A stretch of DNA of 64,000 bases, taken from assembly GCA_002633005.1 (NCBI GenBank), contig NMRA01000067.1, positions 496,010 to 560,009 of the forward strand, given 5' to 3'. This DNA comes from Phoronis australis (Eukaryota > Animalia > Phoronida). The notes beneath the pieces are model-generated. The model was given only the letters and a program-made list of their open reading frames with translations. It was not told where the DNA came from and ran no database searches. Every line of letters starts with the position of its first letter. Within the stretch, counting starts at the first letter, position 1. Made by a program: the position numbers and the translations under genes. This document shows, piece by piece, positions 37,001 to 46,900 of the stretch.

Positions 37001-38497
37001 ATTTGGTACCCTGCCGAGGTGTCACTGCGAAGGTTGAAAAGTCTGGTTTCATCCGAGCTAGTATGCGGTTGGCGATTACTCGAGAAATTACACTCGATCA
37101 CGCGATGAATCAGAATGGTATGCTGCAGTATATTGGTTTGAAAACCCGTCCTCCACTAGGTCGTAATGGAAACAATCGACTTATATACGTAGTAAATGTG
37201 CTAAATTACACGTACAAATACAGATGTCTCTCATACATTTTTTGCATTAAAATGTACAGTTTGTTGCCTATAACCTCAATGTAAGGAAATGCCAGTTCAT
37301 CGCTTAGTTACTCGTTCTTGTCGTCAGGTTTCAGTTAAAGATTTTTAGAACTACTGAGTCAAAAATGGTCAAATAGGACACTGCGGAACCGATTATTTCC
37401 TATCTGTTTGGAGAACGTACAGTGCATGCGAAACATTGCTGTTCCTAAAATTGGTGAAATTAACATCAACAACTATTTGCCCTGTTGATATTGTAACTTT
37501 TAGGAGATGCCGTACCGAAGGCATGGCTTGGCTTGACAGAAATGATTTGGTCGAGCCGGACAATTACGTATTGTGCGCCCATTGTCTAATACACCCATGA
37601 ACCGGTGGGCCCTTCATGATACTGAGGCGACACTGTCGGAGGAAACGTAGATGTTTCCATAGTTCAACTGTTTTGAAGTCCAGATAACAATCCAATGCCA
37701 CCAAACTCACGGAGCTTTCTCTACTCTACTGTTAGAATACGTATTCCTCGTTACACTTTGGTCCATAACTCAACACTTCGTGGGAATTACAAGTCATGTG
37801 ATGGAAATGTTTATAAACACCTTCACCCTGTACACAAGCCACTTTTAATTATTAGGTTTCTCTGTATTGCATATGTTTACGTTAGCCTATAATTCAACCC
37901 AGCTGTCATGACATTAATTTTGAAAACTTTAAGATTTTTAGAGAAGGTAGTGAGGAAAGTTGGGTGCCTATCAAGCTGCTTATTGAAAATAAAGAACAAG
38001 GGCCCAATGCAACTTTCAATAAGCCAAGTAATCAGGCAATTTGACTCACCGTCGCTGTCTCGGGCTGACAATTTTTAGCCGGTTAGTCTGAGATCGGAAA
38101 TTTGCGTTACTGATCACGATTATCGATTTTAAACTCTCAAGTCGGGCAACTCATTCGTATTGCCCATTGCAACGTATGGAACGCTCACAGACTGTGGCCG
38201 CTGTGTATTATTTTTTCACAAGACCTAGGACACAACATTCTTGCGGCCTAGACCAGGCAAAGTAGACAGAGATGATGACCAAATATGCACTAAATGGAAG
38301 CCCACAATTACTGAAGAACAGAGCAAATTGGCGCCACCGCCAACAGGTTTTTCCATAGAAATATCTCACACAGCTTGTTGTGAATGAAAATTGTTACTCA
38401 ACAAGCAACCAAGATAAAAATGTAATCATGTACATGAAAAACCTACCCTGCTGTGCAGAGCCCGATCCATTCCATAGTCTCTCATGCGGTCCGCCAT
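19022..38497 (-). CDS. Calponin-family actin-binding protein: CH domain plus up to 7 calponin (CLIK23) repeats, 11 coding exons, 433 aa if all are included
   Basis: Exons (minus): 38497-38447 MADRMRDYGMDRALHSR; 31364-31234 INAKYDPSTEAEVRQWI...LKDGKILVK; 30394-30298 LAAAVRNG...AFKQ; 28171-28040 MENIEIF...TVDLFENRNMPAVFNTITLLGSE; 27744-27627 CQRNGFNGPVIGPKPADRNVRQFSREQLRAGEGMIGLQA; 26549-26437; 25971-25852; 23862-23743; 21874-21758; 21398-21282; 19207-19022 (...INLQMGTNQFASQSGMNIGKNRSILD*). The repeat motif IGLQxGTNQFASQKGM is the calponin signature. Phases are consistent. Two donors are GC. Confidence 0.92.
19515..20316. mobile_element. Non-autonomous PIF/Harbinger-type DNA transposon (about 800 bp) in the last calponin intron
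   Basis: TIRs GGGCTGTTCCAGCAAAATCTGTTTGGGAG and its near reverse complement CTCCCACACGGATTTTACTGGAACAGCCC. A TTA target duplication flanks it at 19512-19514 and 20317-20319, and a 3-bp TWA TSD is typical of Harbinger. Confidence 0.85.
20471..20631. mobile_element. Small MITE with GGGCCCRTTCCAAGAAA TIRs (Harbinger-like termini)
   Basis: Inverted termini gggcccgttccaagaaa ... tttcttggaatgggccc. The TSD is not clean. Confidence 0.6.
22185..22482 (-). mobile_element. MITE family B copy with a nested short family-A-like element (22248-22384)
   Basis: Termini caggggtggatccagg ... ctaaatccgccactg, with flanks gaagt/aaagt. The internal segment gatgcgtgcgcccagcctaaaat...gtcgcgcgcatg matches family A ends. 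Confidence 0.7.
24143..24260 (+). repeat. Interspersed repeat, also present at about 61237-61350
   Basis: Shared core taggaaggcagatctgtcg...ttggagt.ggg.gataagacg. Confidence 0.6.
29704..29769. promoter_or_regulatory. Paired CArG boxes (SRF sites) plus a DR1-like nuclear receptor motif in a calponin intron
   Basis: Identical CCTTATATGG at 29704-29713 and 29741-29750 (CC[A/T]6GG consensus), followed by TGACCTTTGACCT at 29757-29769. Confidence 0.65.
30856..31060 (+). mobile_element. tRNA-derived SINE-like element
   Basis: A box TGGTTCAGTGG and B box GGTTCGAATCC at tRNA-like spacing. The acceptor and T stems pair poorly. A body follows and ends in a GAA/A-rich tail. Confidence 0.6.
31074..31212 (+). 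mobile_element. Two tandem very short MITE-like units (ATGGGCGGCGCA...TGCGCCACCCAT); related copy at 49832-49914
   Basis: Short inverted termini and a shared core aaaaagtggggg(c)tatagc. Confidence 0.55.
32501..32573 (-). CDS. Candidate alternative calponin exon (phase 2 to phase 0)
   Basis: Acceptor ...TTTTATATATATGTCACAG and donor CAG|GTGAGT. Open frame YRSNSSINREFKFPMSYSICLFNQ joins INAKYD in frame. Confidence 0.55.
33420..33484 (-). CDS. Candidate alternative first coding exon of the calponin gene
   Basis: AAAATG context, peptide MSSSVSDRQKDVTQIVVFEPG, and a phase-2 GTAAGT donor compatible with exon 32573-32501. Confidence 0.5.
34634..34891 (+). mobile_element. MITE family A copy
   Basis: catgcgcgcatccagcc ... 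gggtgcgcgca, flanked by gaggta on both sides. Confidence 0.8.
36247..36302 (-). CDS. Second candidate alternative first coding exon of the calponin gene
   Basis: Peptide MCASAEHPRDDNSDHGDR and a phase-2 GG|GTGAGT donor compatible with exon 32573-32501. Confidence 0.3.
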
Positions 38498-39088
38498 CCT
38501 GGAAAAATGTGTAGTAAAACAGTTGACAAAAGTTAAGCGAGATATCCGTGTGTCCTGAACGAAGGGGTTCCCCAACAAACCTTCGCGGTGGCCGAAAATA
38601 GTTTCCTGTATATCCTAGAATATACTAAGCACACGAAGGCCACAACAGCTAGACTCAGCGCCAGAGATTTTGTAATGTGGCCGCGAGTTATTTCCAGACC
38701 ATTACAGCGTATCCTGTTTCTCTCAGTCCAGATGCTTTTTCCTTTTTTGTGTGTCTCGTCTGCGGCTTAATGGATGACGTCACTCACACCGATAAGGCTC
38801 CAGATCTCGGCACTCCAGAACTAGACGGTCAAAAAAATCACGATTGTGAAATTTTTGATGATGAACAGATAACCGCTGTCTGGATAAAGTTATCAACGTT
38901 TCTGTGAGATAGAGAACGCGCCTGCGTATGTACGAATCAGTATTTTTACACTTGCTAGGAATTTTGGACACGTGGTCTCGGCTATTGCATGGTTCATGCC
39001 AGCTAGGCCAGACAGACAAGGCTGTGACCTGCATGAACTACGACGCCATGGAACCAGGAGCACAACAACGCAACAACGCAGTGCTCTG

Positions 39089-39356
39089 CATGCGCGCCTG
39101 CCTAAAATATAGGGAGGCTCGAATTCTTCGATAGGCGGACCTTTTACTGAAAAAAACCTATCGAGGACTAAAAACGGGGCCACTAGGTTCAGGCCTACGA
39201 ATTGTGCATCCGTGCCGAATTCCTGTGGACTTTGTGGACCTTTTGTCTCGTTTATTCGGACTTTTTGCTTCACAGAGGCGGACCTTTTTGCCCAATTCGC
39301 GAAATTGGGGGGGTCGTTCAAGCCTCCTCTGGGTGCGCCCCCCGGGTGCGCCCACG
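39089..39356 (+). mobile_element. MITE family A copy
   Basis: catgcgcgcc ... gggtgcgcccacg, with flanks ctctg/ccctg. Confidence 0.75.
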
Positions 39357-39588
39357 CCCTGTCACGTGTAGGCCTACAGTGATTTTTAAACGGCTAAAAG
39401 TCGCCACCCATCACAAAAGGAATTAACTTTTCATTTAGACAGTTTATTGATATGAAGTTGGGTCTCCATCTTGTTTCTTAGTCAAATTGTAGGTGATGTC
39501 AGGGTTTCGACAGAATGATTTTGCTATCACTTCTCATCTGAGATAAGAGTCATGTGAGAACAATTTTATAGATGTCTAAAATCGTTTN

Positions 39589-40191
39589 GGAACTCTGGGT
39601 AAATTGAAACGACGGCTGTGATTGGTCAGCTGTGTTGAGACGTTATTTACCCGCGCGTAGTGGAACTTGTTGACTCACCCTGGGCTTGGTTTGTTGTTGG
39701 CTGGTTAGGGTCAGAACCGAGTTCCTCGCGAAATCGCTCATCAATGGATTTAAGGGCGTATAAATAGGCATCTATCTGTTGCATTGTATCATTAACCACC
39801 TCTGAATCGCCTGAACTGAATTCGTGTTCACAAATATCGATGAAATGGGCTAAATTGTCGAAAAAATGAGGAAGCAACTCTTCTTCGGTAGCCGCCATTT
39901 ATTTAATTCCAGGAACCAATCAGTGACGTCGTATCATAATATCCATAATTCCGTTGTTGAACATATCAACAGAAACATCGAACACATAAAACGAAACATC
40001 GAGCATATAAAATGAAACATCGAACAAAAAACTAAGTTATCGAACATAAGTATTTTCATTATGGAATACAAATATTTTGACATCAAATGTACATACTATA
40101 AGATCAAATATAAATATAAGGTATCGAATACACATAATTACATCAAACCTAATTTTTGAACATTGAATTTTGCAACACATAACACGCCATA
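39589..40191 (-). mobile_element. Probable truncated DNA-transposon end carrying an orphan 83-codon ORF (39898-39647)
   Basis: Minus strand begins TATGG at 40191. An array of about 21-bp ATCGAACA-core repeats lies at 39955-40135, then CCAAT/TGACGTC motifs, then an AAATGGCGG start and a protein-like acidic ORF ending near a GTAAAT donor. The segment is cut off by an N at 39588. Confidence 0.45.
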
Positions 40192-42162
40192 GGCAGCCAG
40201 CATTCCAACAGTTGTTTTACGAAACGCCTTCCGTCGCATAATATTCAGGTCACAACAGGAAAGGATTCGGGCAGTTTTGCAAACATTGCAAAACACGTGT
40301 GCGCTTTTACTGAATTCCACCGCCAGTTTTCGCCTGCTAAGTACATTCCAGAATGCGTAATGTAAAGTTAGGATTGTGTGCCTAAACACGTAACACATTT
40401 GAATGCTCTTTTAATATCTATCAAAACTGACTTGCCGTAAGTTAACACAGGCGCTAACGATGACCCATCCATCATCTTTCAAATGCATTTCAAATAGGCA
40501 ATGGCGCGTTATCGGAAATGCACGGTACAGTGTACATAATAAATGTGACGTCTGGTGGTTGTGCTTCCGAGTGCCTGCGACAATTGCACAGGGTTATTAC
40601 TACGTTGTGCCGAATTCTGTAGCAATCGGTTAAAATGGTTGTACCACAAATCACAACGAAAAGCAGTCAACATCAGTGTCTGACACCAAAGATTATGACG
40701 GATTCGAAGTAAATTAGCTTCTTTTGATTCTCCGCTTACAACACAAGTCAGTGTTAAATTTCAAAAAACGCAGTGTACCTGGTGCAACTGCTGTTCAAGC
40801 GTTGGCGACATCTTTTGGCTAATTGTGCAACGACAGCTCACCCGGAAAAAATCAGTAGCCTGATAGCGTGTCCAGCCAGTCTACAGGGTCTATGCAGAAG
40901 ACAAAAAAAAATCGTTTGGAAACTTTCTGAATTTGGCGCAGTGAGTGTGCGCGTAGTCGTTTCGCGAGAAACTAATTAGTCCTTTAATGCTCACAATATC
41001 GGTCTCACTAATATCTTACTATGAAAAGATTCTTCTTTCGTTGCTAATTCAAGTCACAGGCAAGCCGGCCATTTTCGAGTTCGCAATTTTAGGATTTTCT
41101 TGAGTCCGGCGCCGCCACCGTTTCGATGCTAACGCAAATAAACTCTGCCACGTTAAGGAATATTACAAGTAAAGTTAAAACGATTTTATGGGAATAAAAC
41201 ATCTAGTTTTATTTTCGTCTTTTACCTTGCTAGACAGGCAGCTTTAGAGATAAATAAAAACAAGGCTTCACTTGACAAGACCCATTTATTTAAGTAAATG
41301 TTCCCCATGACAGTTTACAAAAAGAAAATGTCAACACAAGTTCGTGCACACAAACACCTTGAAACAAGAACACACCATGGAAAAATTCTCCAACTTGGTA
41401 CAGTCTCTAGAATTTGGAACACAAACTTGCAAAAATTGAGTTTTCTTTTATATTCTGCAATTCGTACAAGCACCATATTGGCATTCATCATATTTCCCGA
41501 ATTTCAGAAGCATTTTCAATCTATAGTGGGTAATTTTGTAGTTTTTCCGTGATTCTAGAATTTGGGACGGCCAATATACCTTTTTCTAGAATTTAGGACA
41601 AGCTCCGACCTAGAGCAAAAGATAACTATTTAAATTTTCTCCGTCAATGGAAATTGTACCGTGACCTTCTAAGAAATGCATTCGCTACCCTTCCCAAAGC
41701 CTCCACAGTTACGTTGACATGGTTCAAATTTTCAGGTTGGTTAAATAATTATATCTTGGTTATATACTCTTCACCAAATTTAAGACTAAGATCTATCCTT
41801 TGAACATTTCACATCAAATGGTCATAAAAATGGAATGCTTCACTGAAACTCGTATTCAGTCAAAAATGCCATACAATGGATACAGCATTTAACACTTACC
41901 TGTTCTCAAGACGATATAACTTACATATACAAAGTCTGGTGCAAACAAATATTCCTGATAATGTGATATTTATTGTGAGCAGGGCCCATAAGACGTTTTT
42001 GATATTGAGATCTTTGCAGGAGCTTTCAGATAGATATCTAATTATGTCAGAACCCATATTTGTAAATTTTGTCTTCTTAAAACTGAATATCTGAAACTTT
42101 CTTATACTCATTTATGCCAAGCTGTAAAAACTAAAAAAGTCATGCAAGGTTTGGTGGTTCAT

Positions 42163-42710
42163 TCAGTCTAACTAGAAGATCATGCAGTTCCAAAAATATA
42201 GTGATACACCAAAGGCACTCAGTGAAAAGTGTCCGATCTTGAGAAGTCTTGACTAGCAGATTACATTTTACAAATATGGTGATACATAAAGGACACAAAG
42301 CAAGAAGTGTTAAACCTTGAGAAGTCTTGACTAGCAGATTATATTTTACAAATATGGTGATACATAAAGGACACAAAGCAAAAAGTGTCCATCTTGAGAA
42401 GTCTTGACTAGCAGATTATATTTTACAAATATGGTGATACATAAAGGACACAAAGCAAAAAGTGTCCAACCTTGAGAAGTCTTGACTAGCAGATTATATT
42501 TTACAAATATGGTGATACATAAAGCACACAAAGCAAAAAGTGTCAAATCTTGAGAAGTCTTGACTAGCACGTTATATTTTACAAATATGTATACACAAAG
42601 AACTTGTAACAAAATGTGTCAAATCTTGAGCAGTTTTGACTAGCAGGTTTGTACTTTAAAAATACGATGATACATAAAGGACATGTAACAAAAAGTGTCA
42701 AATCTTGAAA
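42163..42710. repeat. 78-bp minisatellite, about 7 units
   Basis: Unit gagaagtcttgactagcagattatattttacaaatatggtgatacataaaggacacaaagcaaaaagtgtc.a.ctt, which also produces the 26-aa periodicity in the ORF track. Confidence 0.9.
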
Positions 42711-43360
42711 GAACTGGAATACACAAGCAGACAACTGCCAACACTGTAACTCATATAATCTCTACATGACTTGACTGTGTAAAAAGTTGGTCCTCCTAAA
42801 ATGAGTTTACACCCTCTANAGATAACTATTTAAATTTTCTCTGTCCTTGGAAATTGTACCGTGACCTTGTAAGAAATGCATTCGCTACCCTTACCAAAGC
42901 CTCCACAGTTACGTTGACATGGTTCAAATTTTCAGGTAGGTTAAATAATTATATCTTGGTTATATACTCTTCACCAAATTTAAGACTAAGATCTATCCTT
43001 TAACATTTCACATCAAATGGCCATAAAAATGGAATGCTTCACTGAAACTCGTATTCAGTCAAAAATGCCATACAATGGATACAGCATTTAACACTTACCT
43101 GTTCTCAAGACGATATAACTATACAAAGTCTGGTGCAAACAAATATTCCTGATCATAATGTGATATTTATTGTGAGCAGGGCCCATAAGAGGTTTTTGAT
43201 ATTGAGATCTTTGCAGGAGCTTTCAGATAGATATCTAATTATGTCAGAACCCATATTTGTAAATTTTGTCTTCTTAAAACTGAATATCTGAAACTTTCTT
43301 ATACTCATTTATGCCAAGCTGTAAAAACTAAAAAAAGTCATGCAAGGTTTGGTGGTTCAT

Positions 43361-43830
43361 TCAGTCTAACTAGAAGATCATGCAGTTCCAAAAATATAGT
43401 GATACACCAAAGGCACTCAGTGAAAAGTGTCCAATCTTGAGAAGTCTTGACTAGCAGATTACATTTTACAAATATGGTGATACATAAAGGACACAAAGCA
43501 AGAAGTGTTAAACCTTGAGAAGTCTTGACTAGCAGAATATATTTTACAAATATGGTGATACATAAAGGACACAAAGCAAAAAGTGTCCAACCTTGAGAAG
43601 TCTTGACTAGCAGATTATATTTTACAAATATGGTGATACATAAAGGACACAAAGCAAAAAGTGTCAAATCTTGAGAAGTCTTGACTAGCACGTTATATTT
43701 TACAAATATGTATACACAAAGAACTTGTAACAAAATGTGTCAAATCTTGAGTAGTTTTGACTAGCAGGTTTGTACTTTAAAAATACGATGATACATAAAG
43801 GACATGTAACAAAAAGTGTCAAATCTTGAA
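43361..43830. repeat. 78-bp minisatellite, about 6 units, in the probable fucosidase 3' UTR
   Basis: Same unit as 42163-42710. Begins less than 100 nt after the fucosidase stop codon. Confidence 0.9.
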
Positions 43831-43916
43831 AGAACTGGAATACACAAGCAGACAACTGCCAACACTGTAACTCATATAATCTCTACATGACTTGACTGTG
43901 TAAAAAGTTGGTCCTC

Positions 43917-46900
43917 CTAAAATGAGTTTACACCCTCTACTTTAAACACCCAGGCCCACTTGCACGGCATGAGATCATACGGTATGTCTGGAACATTGAT
44001 CATAAGTTGGCCACTAGGTGTCTTCTTCCATGTCATTGGCCCGTAACCCAGCAAGGTCACTTTGACATCATCATTAGGGATTACAGCACCTAGCAACAGT
44101 TGATTTTTGGCTGGCCACTTGAGAGAGATTGCGTAAACATCATAGCCCGAGGTCTGAGACTTTTTGGCAGTGTACCTAAAATTATCAATGTAAGCGTTTG
44201 AGATAACTTAGGTGTAATTTTTAAATTATTCTATGTCATTCTTCTCTACCAATCTTAACTTTCGACACATTACTGGTCAAAGAATAATTGTGCTATTGCC
44301 ATGCACAGGACTTGAATGATTCACAGCTGACCTTCAGCCAGAGCCCAAGCCAGGGCTTCCTTCCATCTAGATCTACCACAAATGTTTGGTCACAGTATCA
44401 TTTTTATTTTGCCCTTATGCTGGAGTCGGACAGATTTACAACTGACCTTCAGGCAGAGCCCAAGTCAGTAATCCCTTCCTTCCAGACATCTTTGGTCACA
44501 GTATCATTGTGATGTTGCCCCTTAAACTGGAGTAGAAAAATTTACAACTGACCTTCAGTCAGAGCCCAAGTCATTAATCCCTTCCCTCTTGACTTACCAT
44601 ATATCTTTGGTCACGGTATCATTCTGATGTTGCCATGGTATGCTGGAGTAGATAGCTTCTCCATTGACTTTCAGCCAAGACCCCATGTCACGGAGACGCG
44701 ACTCGAAGATAAGGGGTATGGTGCCTTCTTTAGTAGGACCTACATTGAGCAAAAGGTTCCCTCCACAACTGAAATGTGAGACAATACACCACAGAATGAC
44801 GTCGTCTATCTGCTGAATATCAACTGCATGTTATCATTACAATTCTTCCACAATGTGAACGTTGGCCCCAATGTCCTTGCCAAGACTTCAACAGTAACTT
44901 GACTAGCTGTACATGTTGCCAACAATTCTTCATTTGTTAAGACTAGTTCAGAAATTAATCACCAGGTAGTGCTGTGTACAAAATATCATGTTATGAATAG
45001 GTCAATTCAACCATGCAACAAGCTTAAATACAGGCGGATTGAACAATGATGAAAAAATCTTGTTCTTTATAGCTCCATGAAATTGAAATCATCCACTAAA
45101 ATTTGACAAAATCATACACCAGACAGACAGCCTATTGTGGCTACCAGGGGAGTTAATCTCTTCAAGGACTCCTCACCTGACAGTACTGGCCAGAGAGCTC
45201 AGTATATCTTCCATACTGAGCAGGTCACTCAACACTGCATTGCGCCTGTACCCCCACGAACTTCGGTCAATTGTCATGGCATTCTCCCACTTGTGGTTCA
45301 CCTTCTTCCCTAAGGAACAGACAAACAGTAGTGTGATTAGTGAGTACAAACTCAGCACAGTCATTGGAGCAACTTTGACAAACAATGTGACATGGCCTAG
45401 ATGGAATCTCATGAAATCCTGGGACTGCAACTAACATATTACCACTGCCTTGAACAAGTTATCATACACTCACGCAGTCTGGGCATTTTACAAACATACA
45501 GCACACGCCAAAGTATTCAGACAAAATGACCCAGAATTGCCCGTCATAACCACTAGGCATGAGAAATGGAATTCAATGCCAGAGTAGCCTTTTCTCAATG
45601 CTTGAGAATGAAAGGAAATTAACAGGAAAGTTAGTAAGGTGGCTAAACAATTCTGTATTAATTACAAATTTGATGTCACAACAGCCATTACCAGTCATTT
45701 TTGCTGAACACAACTGGTCATCATGATGGAAAATGGTCTGATTACTTTTGCTTTGTACTGTAGTTATTTCTGGACTGTTGCCGGAACTACTTTTATTGAA
45801 TTAGTGGGCGGATTGATCGGAATTTTCTAAGTTTGATACAGTCAGGACTTTCAAACATCCAAATAGGTTTGCTGGCTACTCTGGTCACGAACTTGTGTTA
45901 CAATCGCTTCCCTTAAACTTGCATGAGGTAGACAAGTAATTACCAAAATATGCTAACCTACCATTATCAACAACTCACTTAGCACGGTACAATACATAGG
46001 TACACACAGGTCATGCATATAAGATGTGACGCTCAGGAGGGCCACTTTCTCAAAGACAGCTTGCATAAGAACCAGTGCCTGTTCGGATTTACTACCCACG
46101 AAATGGTTCACATTTGCGGTAACAAACTACAGGGCCGTTTTGCAACAAACTCGTCAAAAGGTATCATGCAGATCATACCTTGGTTCTAGCTCTTATGTTT
46201 TCAAAAACTCACGCTTCTAAGATCTGTCCAATGAGTTATGAAACAAACCCACCGAGAGCACTGGTTGTGGTGAAAACTTAAGGTATAGGGTGAATTTTCA
46301 TTGATGCCCTATGCAAAAGGATTTCTTCATACAATACCACAATTTCTACTACCCCCCCCCCCCNTAAACTTGCCTCCTTCTTATCAAACTACTATCTCAC
46401 CTGGATTGTACCTGTCAGCACAGTTGAAGAAGCTACCGTGCTTACAGGCTGTTCCCAACCCCCACCGATCGTTGACGACTACCGTATCCTTCACTGGGCT
46501 GTGGTGAAAATATAAAAATATAGCACAGAAATGTTACCCAGAGATCTCCTATATAAGCAAGATTACTGGTTTTTCAAAATTTCTCAAAACAGTTTGGCGA
46601 GAACATAACACTTTTAAGTCATCATGTACAAACTAGTAATTCCATCTAGTGTTCAGTTGTTCAGTCACAGAACCAGCTTTTCCAGCCATATTGCTTTAGC
46701 GCATGAAATTAGGATAAAAAGTCCCCCCATCTCACCGTGGCCTCAAGCAGGTAAGCCAGATATGACTGCGAAACTAAGTAAGGAACCAAGTTGAGACATG
46801 CAATTTTCTTATGGAAGTGGTCTAAATCAAAAGTAGTTTTGACTGATGTTAACTTTTTACTTCTTTGAAAAAATCAAGACCAGAAACCAAAGCCAAGAAT

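Larger units (their letters stand above)
41620..43939. repeat. About 1.1-1.2 kb tandem duplication (41620-42818 and 42820-43939) around a single N at 42819
   Basis: Colinear copies from agataactatttaaatt to tttacaccctcta with a few SNPs/indels and a one-unit minisatellite difference. Probably two haplotypes. Confidence 0.92.

Noticed and set aside
39955-40135. Short regularly spaced repeats resembling a CRISPR array
   Set aside because: The ~21-bp period is too short, the units are degenerate and there are no cas genes. The pattern fits transposon subterminal repeats.
42140-43733. Cys/Leu-rich repetitive ORFs, or a CRISPR-like array
   Set aside because: The units are contiguous 78-bp tandem repeats with no unique spacers, in a eukaryotic 3' UTR context, and one unit is frameshifted.
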